DNA from: Gammaproteobacteria bacterium
GTDB lineage: Bacteria > Pseudomonadota > Gammaproteobacteria > Eutrophobiales > Eutrophobiaceae
Length of the DNA stretch: 64,000 nucleotides
Reading direction: 5' to 3'
Assembly: GCA_965215365.1 (NCBI GenBank)
Contig: CBDCDS010000003.1
Location: forward strand, 384,001 to 448,000
Made by a program: the position numbers and the translations under genes. Under the pieces are notes generated by a model. It did no database searches. It was not told where the DNA came from and was given only the letters and a program-made list of their open reading frames with translations. Positions 9,727-20,063 of the stretch are shown here, piece after piece; within the stretch, counting starts at the first letter, position 1, and each line of letters starts with the position of its first letter.

Positions 9727-11621
9727 CGATTGCCTACGAACGTCCCGGGCAGGATGCCCCGGCTGGCGTTGACACTCCTTACACCCTGGCCGTGGGCGCA
9801 CGCTTTCGCGGCCTGATTGCCACGCGCACCGATGCCGACTGGGTACGGGTAGAGTTAACCGCCGGGGAGACCTACACCATGACCTTAGGCGGCATTGGCC
9901 CGGGGCCGGCCGGCGATACGGTGCTCACGCTGTACGATAACACCGGCGCGCAGGTAGCCCGTAACGATGATGTCAACTTCAGCGCCGGGGAGACCCACTC
10001 GCAGCTGACGTTTAGGCCCAATACCGATGGGATATATTACCTGCAAGCCGCAGTCTATACCCGTAACCCGACCCACGACCATGCCGGGCGCTATGAGCTG
10101 CGCCTGTATGATAGCGGCGCCTTCACGGCACGCCGGCTCACCGGCAGTGCTGAGGACGACCGCCTGCCGGCCGGCGACAGTGCCGGCCCCGGCGACGACA
10201 CCTTGGACGGCGGCGGTGGCGATGACACCTTAGCCGGCGGCCCCGGCGGTGACAGGCTCATTGGCGGGCCCGGCAGTGACACCGCCTGGTACGGTGACTC
10301 CGGCGCTGGGGTGAGCATACGCTTAGAGACCGGCCGCGCACAGGGCGGGCACGCGACCGGTGACAGCTTCGGGGTGCAACGCATCACCGTTATCGATGCC
10401 GTCGGGCAGACCCGCGTGCGCAATGTCCCGGATGTTGAGAACCTCATTGGCTCAGCACATAGTGATGTGCTCATCGGTAATGCCTTGCCCAATGACTTAG
10501 ACGGGGGCGAGGGCGCTGATACCTTAGACGGTCGGGATGGCAATGACTGGCTCACCGGCGGCCCTGGCGCTGATGTACTGCGCGGCGGGCCGGGCTTCGA
10601 TGCGGTGAGCTACGCTGCCTCCCCGGCCGGGGTGACGGTGAACCTCACCAGCGGGCAGGCTGTCGGCGGGGACGCCGAGGGTGATACCTTTCCCGGGCGT
10701 CAGCTCGTCACCTGGACGGATGCCGCCGGGGGGGTGCGCAGTGGTCGGGTGGCCGACATTGAATACTTAGACGGCTCGGAGCATGACGACATTCTAATCG
10801 GCGCCTCCGGGGCCGATCGCCTTGAAGGGCGGGGCGGGGACGACCGCCTTGCAGGGCGCGCCGGGGACGACCGCCTTGAAGGCGAGGCCGGGGCGGATGT
10901 GCTCAGCGGGGGTGAGGGTCAGGACACCGCCTCGTATCGCTACTCCGATGCCGGTGTCATCGTGCGCCTGCACAGCGGGCAGGCGCACGGCGGTCATGCC
11001 GAGGGCGATACCTTCACCCCGGTGGCGGGGAGGACGGAGGGCGAGGCGCTGTTGGACATCGAGCACTTACACGGCTCGGACTACCACGACATCTTAGCCG
11101 GGGACGGGCGTGACAACACCTTAACCGGCGGCGGCGGCAACGACACCCTCTACGGCGGCCCGGCGGGCGGCGATGACACCCTGCACGGCGGGGCTGGCAA
11201 TGACCGGCTGTTCGGCGGCAAGGGCAACGATACCCTGCATGGCGGGGCCGGCCACGACACCCTGCGCGGCAACCTCGGCGAGGATACCCTGCGCGGCGGG
11301 GATGGTAATGATACTTTGCACGGCGGGGACGGCGCTGACACCCTCACCGGCGGGGACGGCAACGATACCTTCATCTTCACCCCCGGCGCCGGCCACGACA
11401 CCGTCACCGACTTCGGGCGCGGGGACGACCGCATTGACCTGAGCGCCTTCGCCGACCTCAGTACCGTCAGCGACTTAACCTTACAACCCGGCCCGCAGGG
11501 CCTCGTCATCGACTTCACCGGGCACGGCGGCGGCACGCTCACTCTCACCGGCATAGCACAGGACGACCTCACCGACGCCAGTTTTGTCTTCGCCGGTGCC
11601 GATGCCTCGCTGCTGGGCTGA
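9723..11621 (+). CDS. RTX (hemolysin-type Ca-binding) repeat protein with N-terminal PPC-like domain
   Basis: RBS AGGAGG, ATGA overlap with the adhesin stop; D.DWVRVELTAGETY..DTVLTLYD domain; many GGxGxDxL nonapeptides; GHDTVTDF..G.DRIDLS C-terminus typical of T1SS substrates. Confidence 0.88.
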   Translation: MTIAYERPGQDAPAGVDTPYTLAVGARFRGLIATRTDADWVRVELTAGETYTMTLGGIGPGPAGDTVLTLYDNTGAQVARNDDVNFSAGETHSQLTFRPNTDGIYYLQAAVYTRNPTHDHAGRYELRLYDSGAFTARRLTGSAEDDRLPAGDSAGPGDDTLDGGGGDDTLAGGPGGDRLIGGPGSDTAWYGDSGAGVSIRLETGRAQGGHATGDSFGVQRITVIDAVGQTRVRNVPDVENLIGSAHSDVLIGNALPNDLDGGEGADTLDGRDGNDWLTGGPGADVLRGGPGFDAVSYAASPAGVTVNLTSGQAVGGDAEGDTFPGRQLVTWTDAAGGVRSGRVADIEYLDGSEHDDILIGASGADRLEGRGGDDRLAGRAGDDRLEGEAGADVLSGGEGQDTASYRYSDAGVIVRLHSGQAHGGHAEGDTFTPVAGRTEGEALLDIEHLHGSDYHDILAGDGRDNTLTGGGGNDTLYGGPAGGDDTLHGGAGNDRLFGGKGNDTLHGGAGHDTLRGNLGEDTLRGGDGNDTLHGGDGADTLTGGDGNDTFIFTPGAGHDTVTDFGRGDDRIDLSAFADLSTVSDLTLQPGPQGLVIDFTGHGGGTLTLTGIAQDDLTDASFVFAGADASLLG

Positions 11622-11628
11622 GGTGGCC

Positions 11629-11679
11629 GAAAAAAAAATTCAAAAAAACACTTGACGGACTGATTTTATGTTGTAAGCT
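11629..11679 (+). promoter_or_regulatory. Putative sigma70 promoter of the T4SS/T4bP operon
   Basis: Two A-tracts, TTGACG (11652), 16 bp spacer, TAAGCT (11674). Confidence 0.55.
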
Positions 11680-11760
11680 ATAACCCATAATGGGTCGCAG
11701 TAGCGTCAGGCGACGCGGCGGCGGCCTTGATTACCACTTCCTTTACGGATAGCTAAAGGC

Positions 11761-14277
11761 ATGGATTTGATGAACGGAGAACCCGTTAACACCTATCATG
11801 GCGCGTTCAGGCCCTGTCACGGGTTTGTGCTGTCCTATAGCGGCTCCCTGCTCGGCGCCATTGAGATCGATGGCATCGACCCGGACGGCATGTCGCAACA
11901 GGATTTGCAGGCTTTTTCCATCGTCCTCAGGAACCTGCTGAATATCCTGCCCCAGTCTATAGTTCTGCAGCAGTATTACGTGCATTACCGTGATCTGAAG
12001 GTGGCATTTGCCGCACGGCAGAACCCGGTCTGCAATGCGCTGAACCGCTACCGGGAACGGCACCTGAACGGGCTGCGTCTGGCCGGCGCCCGCTGCGTGC
12101 TGTTCGTTGAGATGTTTCCCGAACGTCAGGACGAAGCCAGCCTCATGCTGTTCCTGCGCCACTTGTACCGCAGCCGGCGCCACGCGCAGTCCAGGGACTA
12201 TGTGCGGCGTTTTATCCTGTATGGCCGGGCCCGCAGCGTTTCCGCCGCCGCCCTGGCCAAGCTGGCGCCGGCGCTGGCAACCCGGATCGGCGACATTATC
12301 AATTATTGCAACGGCTTGTTCGGTGCCCGGCAACTGGATCTGGACGAGACCTACCGGGTCATGAAATTCCTGGCGACGCTGGAAGTGAGCTACCTGGATA
12401 GCGACCTGCGCTGCCCGCAGTTTCTCGATACCGATCTGAGCGACGGGCAGGTGACACCGGTGACCCGCAACGGCATGGATTTGTTGCGCCTGCAGAACCG
12501 CCACAATACCTATACGCGCGTGTTGTCGGTAAAGCAATTCAATTTTGACCGGTTCACACCGGGACTGTTTGCCCGGGGACCGATCAAGGCACCGGGCAAC
12601 TACGTACTGACTACCCGTTACAAGGGTATGAGTGAGGCATCCCGGAGCCTGTTCTTCTTCAACCGCAAGAAAGAGCTGGAGCGGGAGACGCTGAGCTTTG
12701 CCGACTTCATCAAGGGTCTCGACAACAGCCGCGCACAGCCGCGCGAGTTGCAGGTGTTCCGACCGTCACTGATACGGAAATTCCAGGAGCTCGACGAGGC
12801 CGCGTCCCTGCAGGACAACCTGGGATTGGTCGCCACCCACGCAGTGGTGTTCGACACGGATGTGAAGGAACTAGAGCAGACCACCGCACGCGTGCAAGCG
12901 GCCCTGCAACAGAACCAGCTCAGCATCCTGTGGGAGACGGTGGCGCAAACGGATGTGTTCTTCGACCTGCAACCCTGCGCCGACCATCACGGCCGCTTTT
13001 TCCGGGATATTCCCCTGAACACCTCACAGTTTTCCACCTTGTCGCTGTTCCACAAGGCGGCCCAGGGGGCAACAACGGTGGCCGACTTAGGTAACGAGGA
13101 AGCGCAATACGTATTCACATCCGCAGATGCCTCACCGTATTATTTTTCGCCGTTTTGCGGCGGACGCGGCTTCCTGATCGGGGTCGGGCCGGTGCGCAGC
13201 GGCAAGTCTTTCCTGCGCACCTGCATCGGCATCCACTGGCTCAAGTATGGCGGGTTCTATCGCGCCATTGATATCGATCCCGGCTCCGAACCCATCGCCC
13301 ATGCGTTTGGCGCGGATGCCGGCATCGTGCGCTTTGGCGCCGGGCCGGCGCGCGGTTTTAACCTGTTCTCCCAGGCGCAAGGGCCCGACGACACCCACTT
13401 CATTGCGCACCTGAACCGGCAGCTGGTAGCGATGATCAAGAGCAACGACTCGGCGGAATTGCGCCAACTGTCTGGCGCCGAGCAACTGGCGCTGGACCGG
13501 GCCGTGCGCCAGGTGTTGAGATTGCCATGCGCACTGCAAACGCTGACGACCCTGGTCAAGCACTGTCCGGCAGCGGTGCAGCAGAAACTGGCGCGTATGA
13601 CCGGCGCCGGACCGTACGCGCCGCTGTTCGACGCGCAACACGATGCCATCGGCAACCCGGACCGGAAGGTGGCGGTGTACAATCTGGCCGACCTCAGAGA
13701 CGATGCCGTCGCCAAGCCGTTGGTGATGGCAGAGATTGCCTACCGGGTATTGCGTTTTTATGAAAACCCGGCGCGGCGCACCTGCCCGAAGTGGCTGGAT
13801 GTGGATGAATGCCACCATATCCTGGCCGATCCGGAGCTGACCCGCACCCTGTTGCTGGAGCGGGTGCGCACCTGGGGCAAGATGCTGGCCGGTATCGGCT
13901 TATGGACGCAGTCCGGCATCGAACTCGGCAACATGGAGAATTGGGAAGCGCTGCGCAGCGCCGCCTCGACCTTTATCTTCACCGCCGACCCGGAACTGAA
14001 CAAGGACACCTACCGCAACATCTTCAACCTGACGGAGGGGGAGCTGGACACCATCCGCGGCATGATCCCGAAACGGGAGTTTTACCTGATCCAGCGCGAC
14101 CTGAACGTCTCCAAGAAGTGCACCCTGTCGGTGGAGCCGGAACAGTATGTGTTATCGACCTCCAGTCCGGCGGAACAGACCTTGTATTTTGACAATGTTG
14201 AACGTTACGGTTTTGAGGTCGGGGTCAAAAAGACGGTGGCAGCGCTGGGCCGACAAGAGCAGGCGGAACAGCAATGA
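11761..14277 (+). CDS. virB4: VirB4-family T4SS ATPase
   Basis: 838 aa; Walker A GPVRSGKS, Walker B LDVDECH, RTWGK....GLWTQS motif; followed by VirB5/6/8/9/10-like genes. Confidence 0.88.
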   Translation: MDLMNGEPVNTYHGAFRPCHGFVLSYSGSLLGAIEIDGIDPDGMSQQDLQAFSIVLRNLLNILPQSIVLQQYYVHYRDLKVAFAARQNPVCNALNRYRERHLNGLRLAGARCVLFVEMFPERQDEASLMLFLRHLYRSRRHAQSRDYVRRFILYGRARSVSAAALAKLAPALATRIGDIINYCNGLFGARQLDLDETYRVMKFLATLEVSYLDSDLRCPQFLDTDLSDGQVTPVTRNGMDLLRLQNRHNTYTRVLSVKQFNFDRFTPGLFARGPIKAPGNYVLTTRYKGMSEASRSLFFFNRKKELERETLSFADFIKGLDNSRAQPRELQVFRPSLIRKFQELDEAASLQDNLGLVATHAVVFDTDVKELEQTTARVQAALQQNQLSILWETVAQTDVFFDLQPCADHHGRFFRDIPLNTSQFSTLSLFHKAAQGATTVADLGNEEAQYVFTSADASPYYFSPFCGGRGFLIGVGPVRSGKSFLRTCIGIHWLKYGGFYRAIDIDPGSEPIAHAFGADAGIVRFGAGPARGFNLFSQAQGPDDTHFIAHLNRQLVAMIKSNDSAELRQLSGAEQLALDRAVRQVLRLPCALQTLTTLVKHCPAAVQQKLARMTGAGPYAPLFDAQHDAIGNPDRKVAVYNLADLRDDAVAKPLVMAEIAYRVLRFYENPARRTCPKWLDVDECHHILADPELTRTLLLERVRTWGKMLAGIGLWTQSGIELGNMENWEALRSAASTFIFTADPELNKDTYRNIFNLTEGELDTIRGMIPKREFYLIQRDLNVSKKCTLSVEPEQYVLSTSSPAEQTLYFDNVERYGFEVGVKKTVAALGRQEQAEQQ

Positions 14278-15122
14278 GAACACTATTCCTTATACCGGCG
14301 CTCTGCTGCTGGCTCAGCAGTGCGGTGCACGGTGCCGGTATCCCGACCGTCGATGTCGGCGTGATTGCCCAGCAGCTGCGCGCCTACCAGCAGTTATTAC
14401 GGGATTTTGAAATCCAGTTACAGCAGGTCGGGCTGGATGCCGAGCAGTTGACCCTGCTCAACCGCCAGTTCGGCCAGACCCTGAAGGAATACGATGACTA
14501 CCTGCAACAGGTGCGGGGCTTGCAACGGGTGATCTCGCGCAAGGACTGGGAGGGGCTGTTCCAGGCCTTGAAAAATCAATACGGCATCAGCCCTTATGCT
14601 CGCATCGTGACGCAGCGCGCCTCGGGTCATGCCGGCAGGGATGCCATCGACGCCGAGGTGCAGCGGCTCTACCCGCTCCCGGCCGCGGTTGAGCAGGTGC
14701 GGGGACAGCTTGCCGCCAGCGGTCTTGACCCGGAACCCTGGGCGCGGCAAGCGCAGCGCCAGCGGGCGCGCTACGAGGCCTACCGGGACCAGCTGGAACT
14801 GGCCCGGGACGGCAACCGGGAGCTGCTGCAACGCTATCGCAACGTCAGGGTCACCAGGGATAATTTCAACTTAGGCGACAAGAGCGACTTGAACGCATTG
14901 CAGACCGGCGTGACCGCCGACTTCCATATTATTGATGAACTGCAAGCCCTGAACAAAATCCACAACCAGCAGTTGCTGCATGCCAACCACGGCTATATCC
15001 AGGCGCTGTCGGCGGCGGAGGCGCAGCGCCGGGCCGAGGCTGAGCGCCTGCAACAGGTAGCCGACCGGACCCGGACGGCGCGTGCATTCCGCTGGCGCGA
15101 CCTGCGGTTACAAGAGCGCTGA
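14274..15122 (+). CDS. virB5: VirB5/TrbJ-like T4SS protein
   Basis: Signal peptide followed by AGIPTVD; Gln-rich helical body; position before VirB6. Confidence 0.75.
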   Translation: MRTLFLIPALCCWLSSAVHGAGIPTVDVGVIAQQLRAYQQLLRDFEIQLQQVGLDAEQLTLLNRQFGQTLKEYDDYLQQVRGLQRVISRKDWEGLFQALKNQYGISPYARIVTQRASGHAGRDAIDAEVQRLYPLPAAVEQVRGQLAASGLDPEPWARQAQRQRARYEAYRDQLELARDGNRELLQRYRNVRVTRDNFNLGDKSDLNALQTGVTADFHIIDELQALNKIHNQQLLHANHGYIQALSAAEAQRRAEAERLQQVADRTRTARAFRWRDLRLQER

Positions 15123-16105
15123 TGAAAAAACGTTATCTCACAGCCTTGCTCATATCGCTCCCGGCGCCGGCGGCGCGGGCGGCGCCGATCGACCCCGCCA
15201 GCTTTCTGGGAGAGTTCTTCAATCAGGCCAGCCGCCTGACCGACGCGTTGATCGGCGTCTCCACGGAGCTGTACCGTTTCTCCGAGCTGGAATGGACGGT
15301 GTTTACCGTGTTTGCCCTGGTCATCGTGCTGATCAAGTGGACTATCGGCGCCGCGGCAGTCAAGGATGTGCTGTTCGTGGTGCTGATGATCCTCATTGCC
15401 CAGTCGCTGTTGCAATCCTACGACTATGTGCTGGCGCTGCTCTGGGAAATTGCCTCGGTGTTATCCGATGATATCAACCTGAACACCTATCAGGCGTTGA
15501 ATCTGGGCGCCACGGGTATCGATTCAACCGGAGTCTTCCTGCTGGACATGCTCAACCACGTTATGGAACGATTTACCTTTGAACCGGCGCCTGAGAATGC
15601 CGGCTTTTTCTCCATATTCAGCAATTTCGCCGTGAACCTGCGCGATTCAGTGTTCCTGTTCCTGTTTATCGTGGTGCTGTTTGCCGTGTTTGCCGTGTCC
15701 TGGATCATCTCGGTAATCGGTATCTGGAGCCTGATGCTCGGTAAAGTGTTGGGGCCGGTATTCATCCCATTCCTGATTTTCAAGCGCGCCAGCGGTTATT
15801 TCGACAACTGGCTCAACTTCATGCTGGGCGGGGTGGTGTATTTCGTCGTTGCGCAGCTCAACATTGCCCTGACCACCCTGGTCATGCTGGAGCTGTTCGA
15901 TTCGACCATCATGGCCGGCAAGGTCCTGAGCCTGACCCCGGATGACCTGTTACGCTTGTTCAGCTATACCGGCCTGCTGCTGGTGGCGGTGTATGCCATG
16001 TTTCGCACCGACCGGGTCGTCAGCGACCTGATCCAGGGCGGTGTCAGCGCCTCCGGGGCTATCGGCCAGGCCGCCGCGATGATGTCCACAAGGCTGGTGA
16101 GGTGA
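15122..16105 (+). CDS. virB6: VirB6-family polytopic membrane protein
   Basis: Multiple TM helices; LGPVFIPFLIF....YFDNWL signature. Confidence 0.85.
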   Translation: MKKRYLTALLISLPAPAARAAPIDPASFLGEFFNQASRLTDALIGVSTELYRFSELEWTVFTVFALVIVLIKWTIGAAAVKDVLFVVLMILIAQSLLQSYDYVLALLWEIASVLSDDINLNTYQALNLGATGIDSTGVFLLDMLNHVMERFTFEPAPENAGFFSIFSNFAVNLRDSVFLFLFIVVLFAVFAVSWIISVIGIWSLMLGKVLGPVFIPFLIFKRASGYFDNWLNFMLGGVVYFVVAQLNIALTTLVMLELFDSTIMAGKVLSLTPDDLLRLFSYTGLLLVAVYAMFRTDRVVSDLIQGGVSASGAIGQAAAMMSTRLVR

Positions 16106-16109
16106 CACC

Positions 16110-16841
16110 ATGAACCACACCATCGACAACATCCCTGAGGGACTGGCCCGACGCCTGAACCCGGACAATATTCCGGGCCTGATAGTCACCAATAACCGAC
16201 TGTTGATCACTAATCTGGTGCTGTTGCTGGCGTTCCTGTGCGCGCTGGGCTACGGCATCGCCATGACAGTCATGGCGCAACATAATGAAAAACTCATCTA
16301 CGTCAAACTGGCGCCGGACGGCACCTGGTTTATCGATACCCGCTTCGCGCACAAAAACGAGATAGATTTTTTCCCCGCCACTATCGATCACCTGCTCAGC
16401 AACTACGTCAGGCGCCGCTACCGCGAGGACCCGGCCACCATCAGGAATGACTACGGCTACGCGCTGGCACTGATGGACTCCGGGCTGGCACAGCACTTTA
16501 AGTCACCCACCGGTTATGACGCCGCCGGCAAAGCGGCCCGGGTCAGGGCTTGCGCGGGGTGCGATATCAGGGAGGTGGAGGTCCGCAACATCTACCACTT
16601 CGACATGGATCGGCTCGCCGACGGCGACCCCGATGAGACCAGTTATCGCACCAACGTGTATATCAACGAATTGCTGCGCGCCAGCGCAGACCACAGTGTG
16701 CTGAGCACCCGCAGGGCCATTGTCACGCTGCGCTGGCGCCTGACACCCAGAGCGGCCCTGTCCAGAGACCGGAATGTGCTGATGGCCAACCCCATTGGCT
16801 TGAAAATTATTGAGGAGAAGGCGCTTGATGACCCGGCTTAA
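16110..16841 (+). CDS. virB8: VirB8/TrbF-family protein
   Basis: Single TM helix, NYVRRRY, C-terminal NPIGLKI motif. Confidence 0.85.
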   Translation: MNHTIDNIPEGLARRLNPDNIPGLIVTNNRLLITNLVLLLAFLCALGYGIAMTVMAQHNEKLIYVKLAPDGTWFIDTRFAHKNEIDFFPATIDHLLSNYVRRRYREDPATIRNDYGYALALMDSGLAQHFKSPTGYDAAGKAARVRACAGCDIREVEVRNIYHFDMDRLADGDPDETSYRTNVYINELLRASADHSVLSTRRAIVTLRWRLTPRAALSRDRNVLMANPIGLKIIEEKALDDPA

Positions 16842-17667
16842 CCTAGATAAACCGGAGCGCATTGTCGTTCTGGCAATGCTGTGCGCGGTGTTATCGATAC
16901 CCGTGTCTGCCGCCGGCGAATCCTGCCGTATCGTCAAGCATGAGCCGCACAAGTTCGTGCGCATCAAGTCCCGGTTGCACCACGGCACACATATCGAGCT
17001 GCCGGAACTGCTGGTCGCGCGCCCGGTCACGGGCAACCGCGACCTGTGGGATGTGGAGGGTGATAACAAACATATCTTTGTCAAACCCAACGACGCCGAC
17101 ACCCGCGAAGGCGGCAGCACCACCGTCACCGCGGTGTCGCACAGCAACCGCTCCTACCATTTCCTGGTGGAACGCTCGACAGACGAGTTTGACCTGTGCG
17201 TAGTGATAACGCATGACGGCGAATTCCTGCCGCAAGGTTCGTTCAGCGGTTTTGCCCGGCACGCCGAGCAGCAGCGCACCCTGTACCAGCAGCAACTGGA
17301 CACGCTGCAACTGCGCCTAGATGAAGCGCAGCAGGCCGGCACCGAGCAGCTTGGCGCAGCACTGGACGAGTACCGCCTGCAACTGTTCACCGGCTACCAG
17401 TGGCACGGCGGCCGTTCCCCTTACGGGAAGGAGCTGGTCAGTGATGTCTATGACGACGGCCGCTTTACCTACATCCGGGTGCGCCACAATCGGGCCGGCG
17501 CCATGTCGCTATTTGCCGACAATAACGGCCAGGAACAGTTCATCGACTACCGCTATGACGCAGACAGGCGGATTTATGTCGTAACCGGGGTGTTCAACCG
17601 CATCCACATGAAGGCGGACGAGAAAACGCGCATCGTCATTACCCGCCGGGGCGCCGCGCACGGGTGA
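16828..17667 (+). CDS. virB9: VirB9/TrbG-family protein
   Basis: Signal peptide, HIFVKP, and VYDDGRFTYI signature. Confidence 0.88.
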   Translation: MTRLNLDKPERIVVLAMLCAVLSIPVSAAGESCRIVKHEPHKFVRIKSRLHHGTHIELPELLVARPVTGNRDLWDVEGDNKHIFVKPNDADTREGGSTTVTAVSHSNRSYHFLVERSTDEFDLCVVITHDGEFLPQGSFSGFARHAEQQRTLYQQQLDTLQLRLDEAQQAGTEQLGAALDEYRLQLFTGYQWHGGRSPYGKELVSDVYDDGRFTYIRVRHNRAGAMSLFADNNGQEQFIDYRYDADRRIYVVTGVFNRIHMKADEKTRIVITRRGAAHG

Positions 17668-17682
17668 GAAGAGACGTAACCC

Positions 17683-19059
17683 ATGGCCACCAATATCAAC
17701 GAGACGAATCAGGTCGAGGAGCAGCCGGCGACCTACAACCGCAACTTCCAGGTCATGCTGATCGCCGGCCTGGTGTTCGTCGTCATCGTCATGGTGTATG
17801 CCTCGCTGTTCCGTTCCGGGCCGGACGACCGGGAAATAGAAGCGCAGGTGCAGCGGGAGCTCAGAAAGCAGGCGGTCTCCGACCCGGAACAGGAGTTCCG
17901 CGCCCGCATCAAGAGCCAGGAGCAACGCCTGTTGCAACAACGGCAGCAGGATTTAACCGAGCAACAGGACTACATCAATGAGCAAACGGAGGCGCTGATG
18001 CAGAACAACGAACAGGTGTTGCAGGAGTTGCTGAGCGGCACTAAATCGGCACTGGAGTCCTGGGATGAAAATGAAACCGTGCGGGTGCGCCAGTCGCGAC
18101 AGGCGGATTTTGCCTTCGAATTCCTCGCCGAGGCACCGACCGCAGTACGCGACCACACAGACGCGCTAACCCCTGGTTTTCTACAGCAGGAACAGGCGGT
18201 GCTGGCGGCGTTGCGGCAGAACCTTGAACGCCAGCCCGGCCCGCTGACGGCGGGTCTGACCCTGGCGCACGACAACGACAGCTATGTACCGGATTCACAA
18301 AACGCAGGGCCGGACGCGTTGGCCTTGCTGATGAGCAATCCAAACCCGGCTCAGGCGACCCCGGAACAGCTGGGTCCGGAGCAGGCCGCATCAAGCAGCA
18401 CCCGCTACTTCAATCTGGCTGGCCATCCTGAATCAGACCTGAACGAGGTACCGGACACCGACTACGCCCTGCTGTCCATCGGCTCGGTCATGTACGCCAA
18501 GCTGGACCAGAAGATCATCTCTGACTTTGCCGGCCCCTATCGCTGCCGGATCGAACAAAACGTGCTGGACATCACCCAGCGACAGGTTTTGATTCCGGCC
18601 GGCTCGCTGTGTACCGGGGAGGTGATCCAGACCGGCTCGACCCAGCCCAACCGCATCATCAATAACCGCATGGCTTTGTCGGTGCGCTGGATAGTGCGCC
18701 CGGACGGGAGCAAGATCAAGTTTCTCAGCCAGGCCCTGGATCACGAGGGGATCGGTGCCGTGAAGGGCAGGACTGATTACCACTTTATGACCAGATTGGG
18801 CGGTGCCGCCGCGTTTGCCCTGCTGTCCAGCGAGACCGCGCGGGCGGACTACAGCAGCGGCGGCTCTGGCGCCACGTTTGAGGCGGATATCGGCCAGTCC
18901 CTGCGCGACTCCGGCGCCGAACTGGTCTCTCCCTACGCCGGCCTGATACCTACTCAAACCCTGGATTACGGCCAGAAGCTGAGACTGTTCGTCTCCGAAG
19001 ACATCTACATCAGGCCCTGGCGAACAGTCTATCAACACCTGTTGAGTCAGGCTCAATGA
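17683..19059 (+). CDS. virB10: VirB10/TrbI-family protein
   Basis: N-terminal TM and coiled coil; IISDFAGP, VLIPAGS, WIVRPDG and IPT motifs. Confidence 0.9.
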   Translation: MATNINETNQVEEQPATYNRNFQVMLIAGLVFVVIVMVYASLFRSGPDDREIEAQVQRELRKQAVSDPEQEFRARIKSQEQRLLQQRQQDLTEQQDYINEQTEALMQNNEQVLQELLSGTKSALESWDENETVRVRQSRQADFAFEFLAEAPTAVRDHTDALTPGFLQQEQAVLAALRQNLERQPGPLTAGLTLAHDNDSYVPDSQNAGPDALALLMSNPNPAQATPEQLGPEQAASSSTRYFNLAGHPESDLNEVPDTDYALLSIGSVMYAKLDQKIISDFAGPYRCRIEQNVLDITQRQVLIPAGSLCTGEVIQTGSTQPNRIINNRMALSVRWIVRPDGSKIKFLSQALDHEGIGAVKGRTDYHFMTRLGGAAAFALLSSETARADYSSGGSGATFEADIGQSLRDSGAELVSPYAGLIPTQTLDYGQKLRLFVSEDIYIRPWRTVYQHLLSQAQ

Positions 19060-20063
19060 ACCACGTTCGACAAGCAGCTATGCGAGTGATTATGGCAACC
19101 TCATTCAGGACGCTACGGCGACGCGGCTTGCCGGCGCTTGTCGCCGGCCTGTTGCCACTGTTGTGTAGCGGCTGTTCTTGGCTCCAGGCCTGGCAGGACA
19201 ACTTCAAAACAACACCGGCTGGCGACGCGGCGCCGGCCGTGCCGTTACCCGTCACTGAAGTGCCGGTGCGCATGCTCTTCCCGCAGGGGACACAGACTAC
19301 GGGGGAGGCGGTGAGTTACCTGCTCGAACCTCACAACTACCATCCGGCACACCGGCATACCGACGGCAACAAAATTGCGCAGCACCGCTTCATCAACAAC
19401 TTTAGTGCCGAACCCGTGACCCTGCGCCTGGCCCTGCAGCGACTGCTGGGGCCAACCAGCCAAATCATCCTGGACCGTGGCAGCAAGCGCTATAGCTACC
19501 GACCGAAAAGCGCGGATGAACCGGGCGTAGTCCTGGCCGAACGGTCTGTGGCGACGATACCGGCGCGGACTGTCGCGCCGGCGCAACCCGCTGACCCCGA
19601 CCCGAGCACACCACACTGCCATGAAGGCGCCTGCCAGTCAGGTAGCGCGGCTGAGCCCGACACGGAGGCGCAGCAACTACCCGACCTGCCAGTCGCCGGC
19701 AGCGACCGCAACGCTGACACCGGCAGTCCGACAACCTGGCGCGTCATCGAAGCCGTTCCGGCAGCGGATGCAGCGCGGTCTGTGGAGGCCGAGGAACGCT
19801 GCCGCTCCATCCAATTCAGCAACCGGGCCATGTTATCCGCGACCGTGCGGGAATACTTTCTGAACTGCGGTTTTGACGAGGTTTCCTGGCGCCTTGGCGC
19901 GCCCGGCAGATATGCCGATTACCGCCTCACGCACAGCCTCAAGGCGCCATTGCCCGGCGGCCACCAGGACTTGATCAAACTGCTGCACGCACGCTTCGGG
20001 ATCAAGACCCTCATCCATGACAACAATCAGGTCGAATTCCATGATGAAGACAGCACACCGTAA
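19056..20063 (+). CDS. PilL-like lipoprotein (ICE/IncI type IVb pilus)
   Basis: Lipobox LCSGC; TTGEAVSYLL...TLRLALQRLLGP...LD...RYSY resembles ICE PilL; ATGA overlap with virB10; true start may be a later ATG. Confidence 0.55.
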   Translation: MNHVRQAAMRVIMATSFRTLRRRGLPALVAGLLPLLCSGCSWLQAWQDNFKTTPAGDAAPAVPLPVTEVPVRMLFPQGTQTTGEAVSYLLEPHNYHPAHRHTDGNKIAQHRFINNFSAEPVTLRLALQRLLGPTSQIILDRGSKRYSYRPKSADEPGVVLAERSVATIPARTVAPAQPADPDPSTPHCHEGACQSGSAAEPDTEAQQLPDLPVAGSDRNADTGSPTTWRVIEAVPAADAARSVEAEERCRSIQFSNRAMLSATVREYFLNCGFDEVSWRLGAPGRYADYRLTHSLKAPLPGGHQDLIKLLHARFGIKTLIHDNNQVEFHDEDSTP

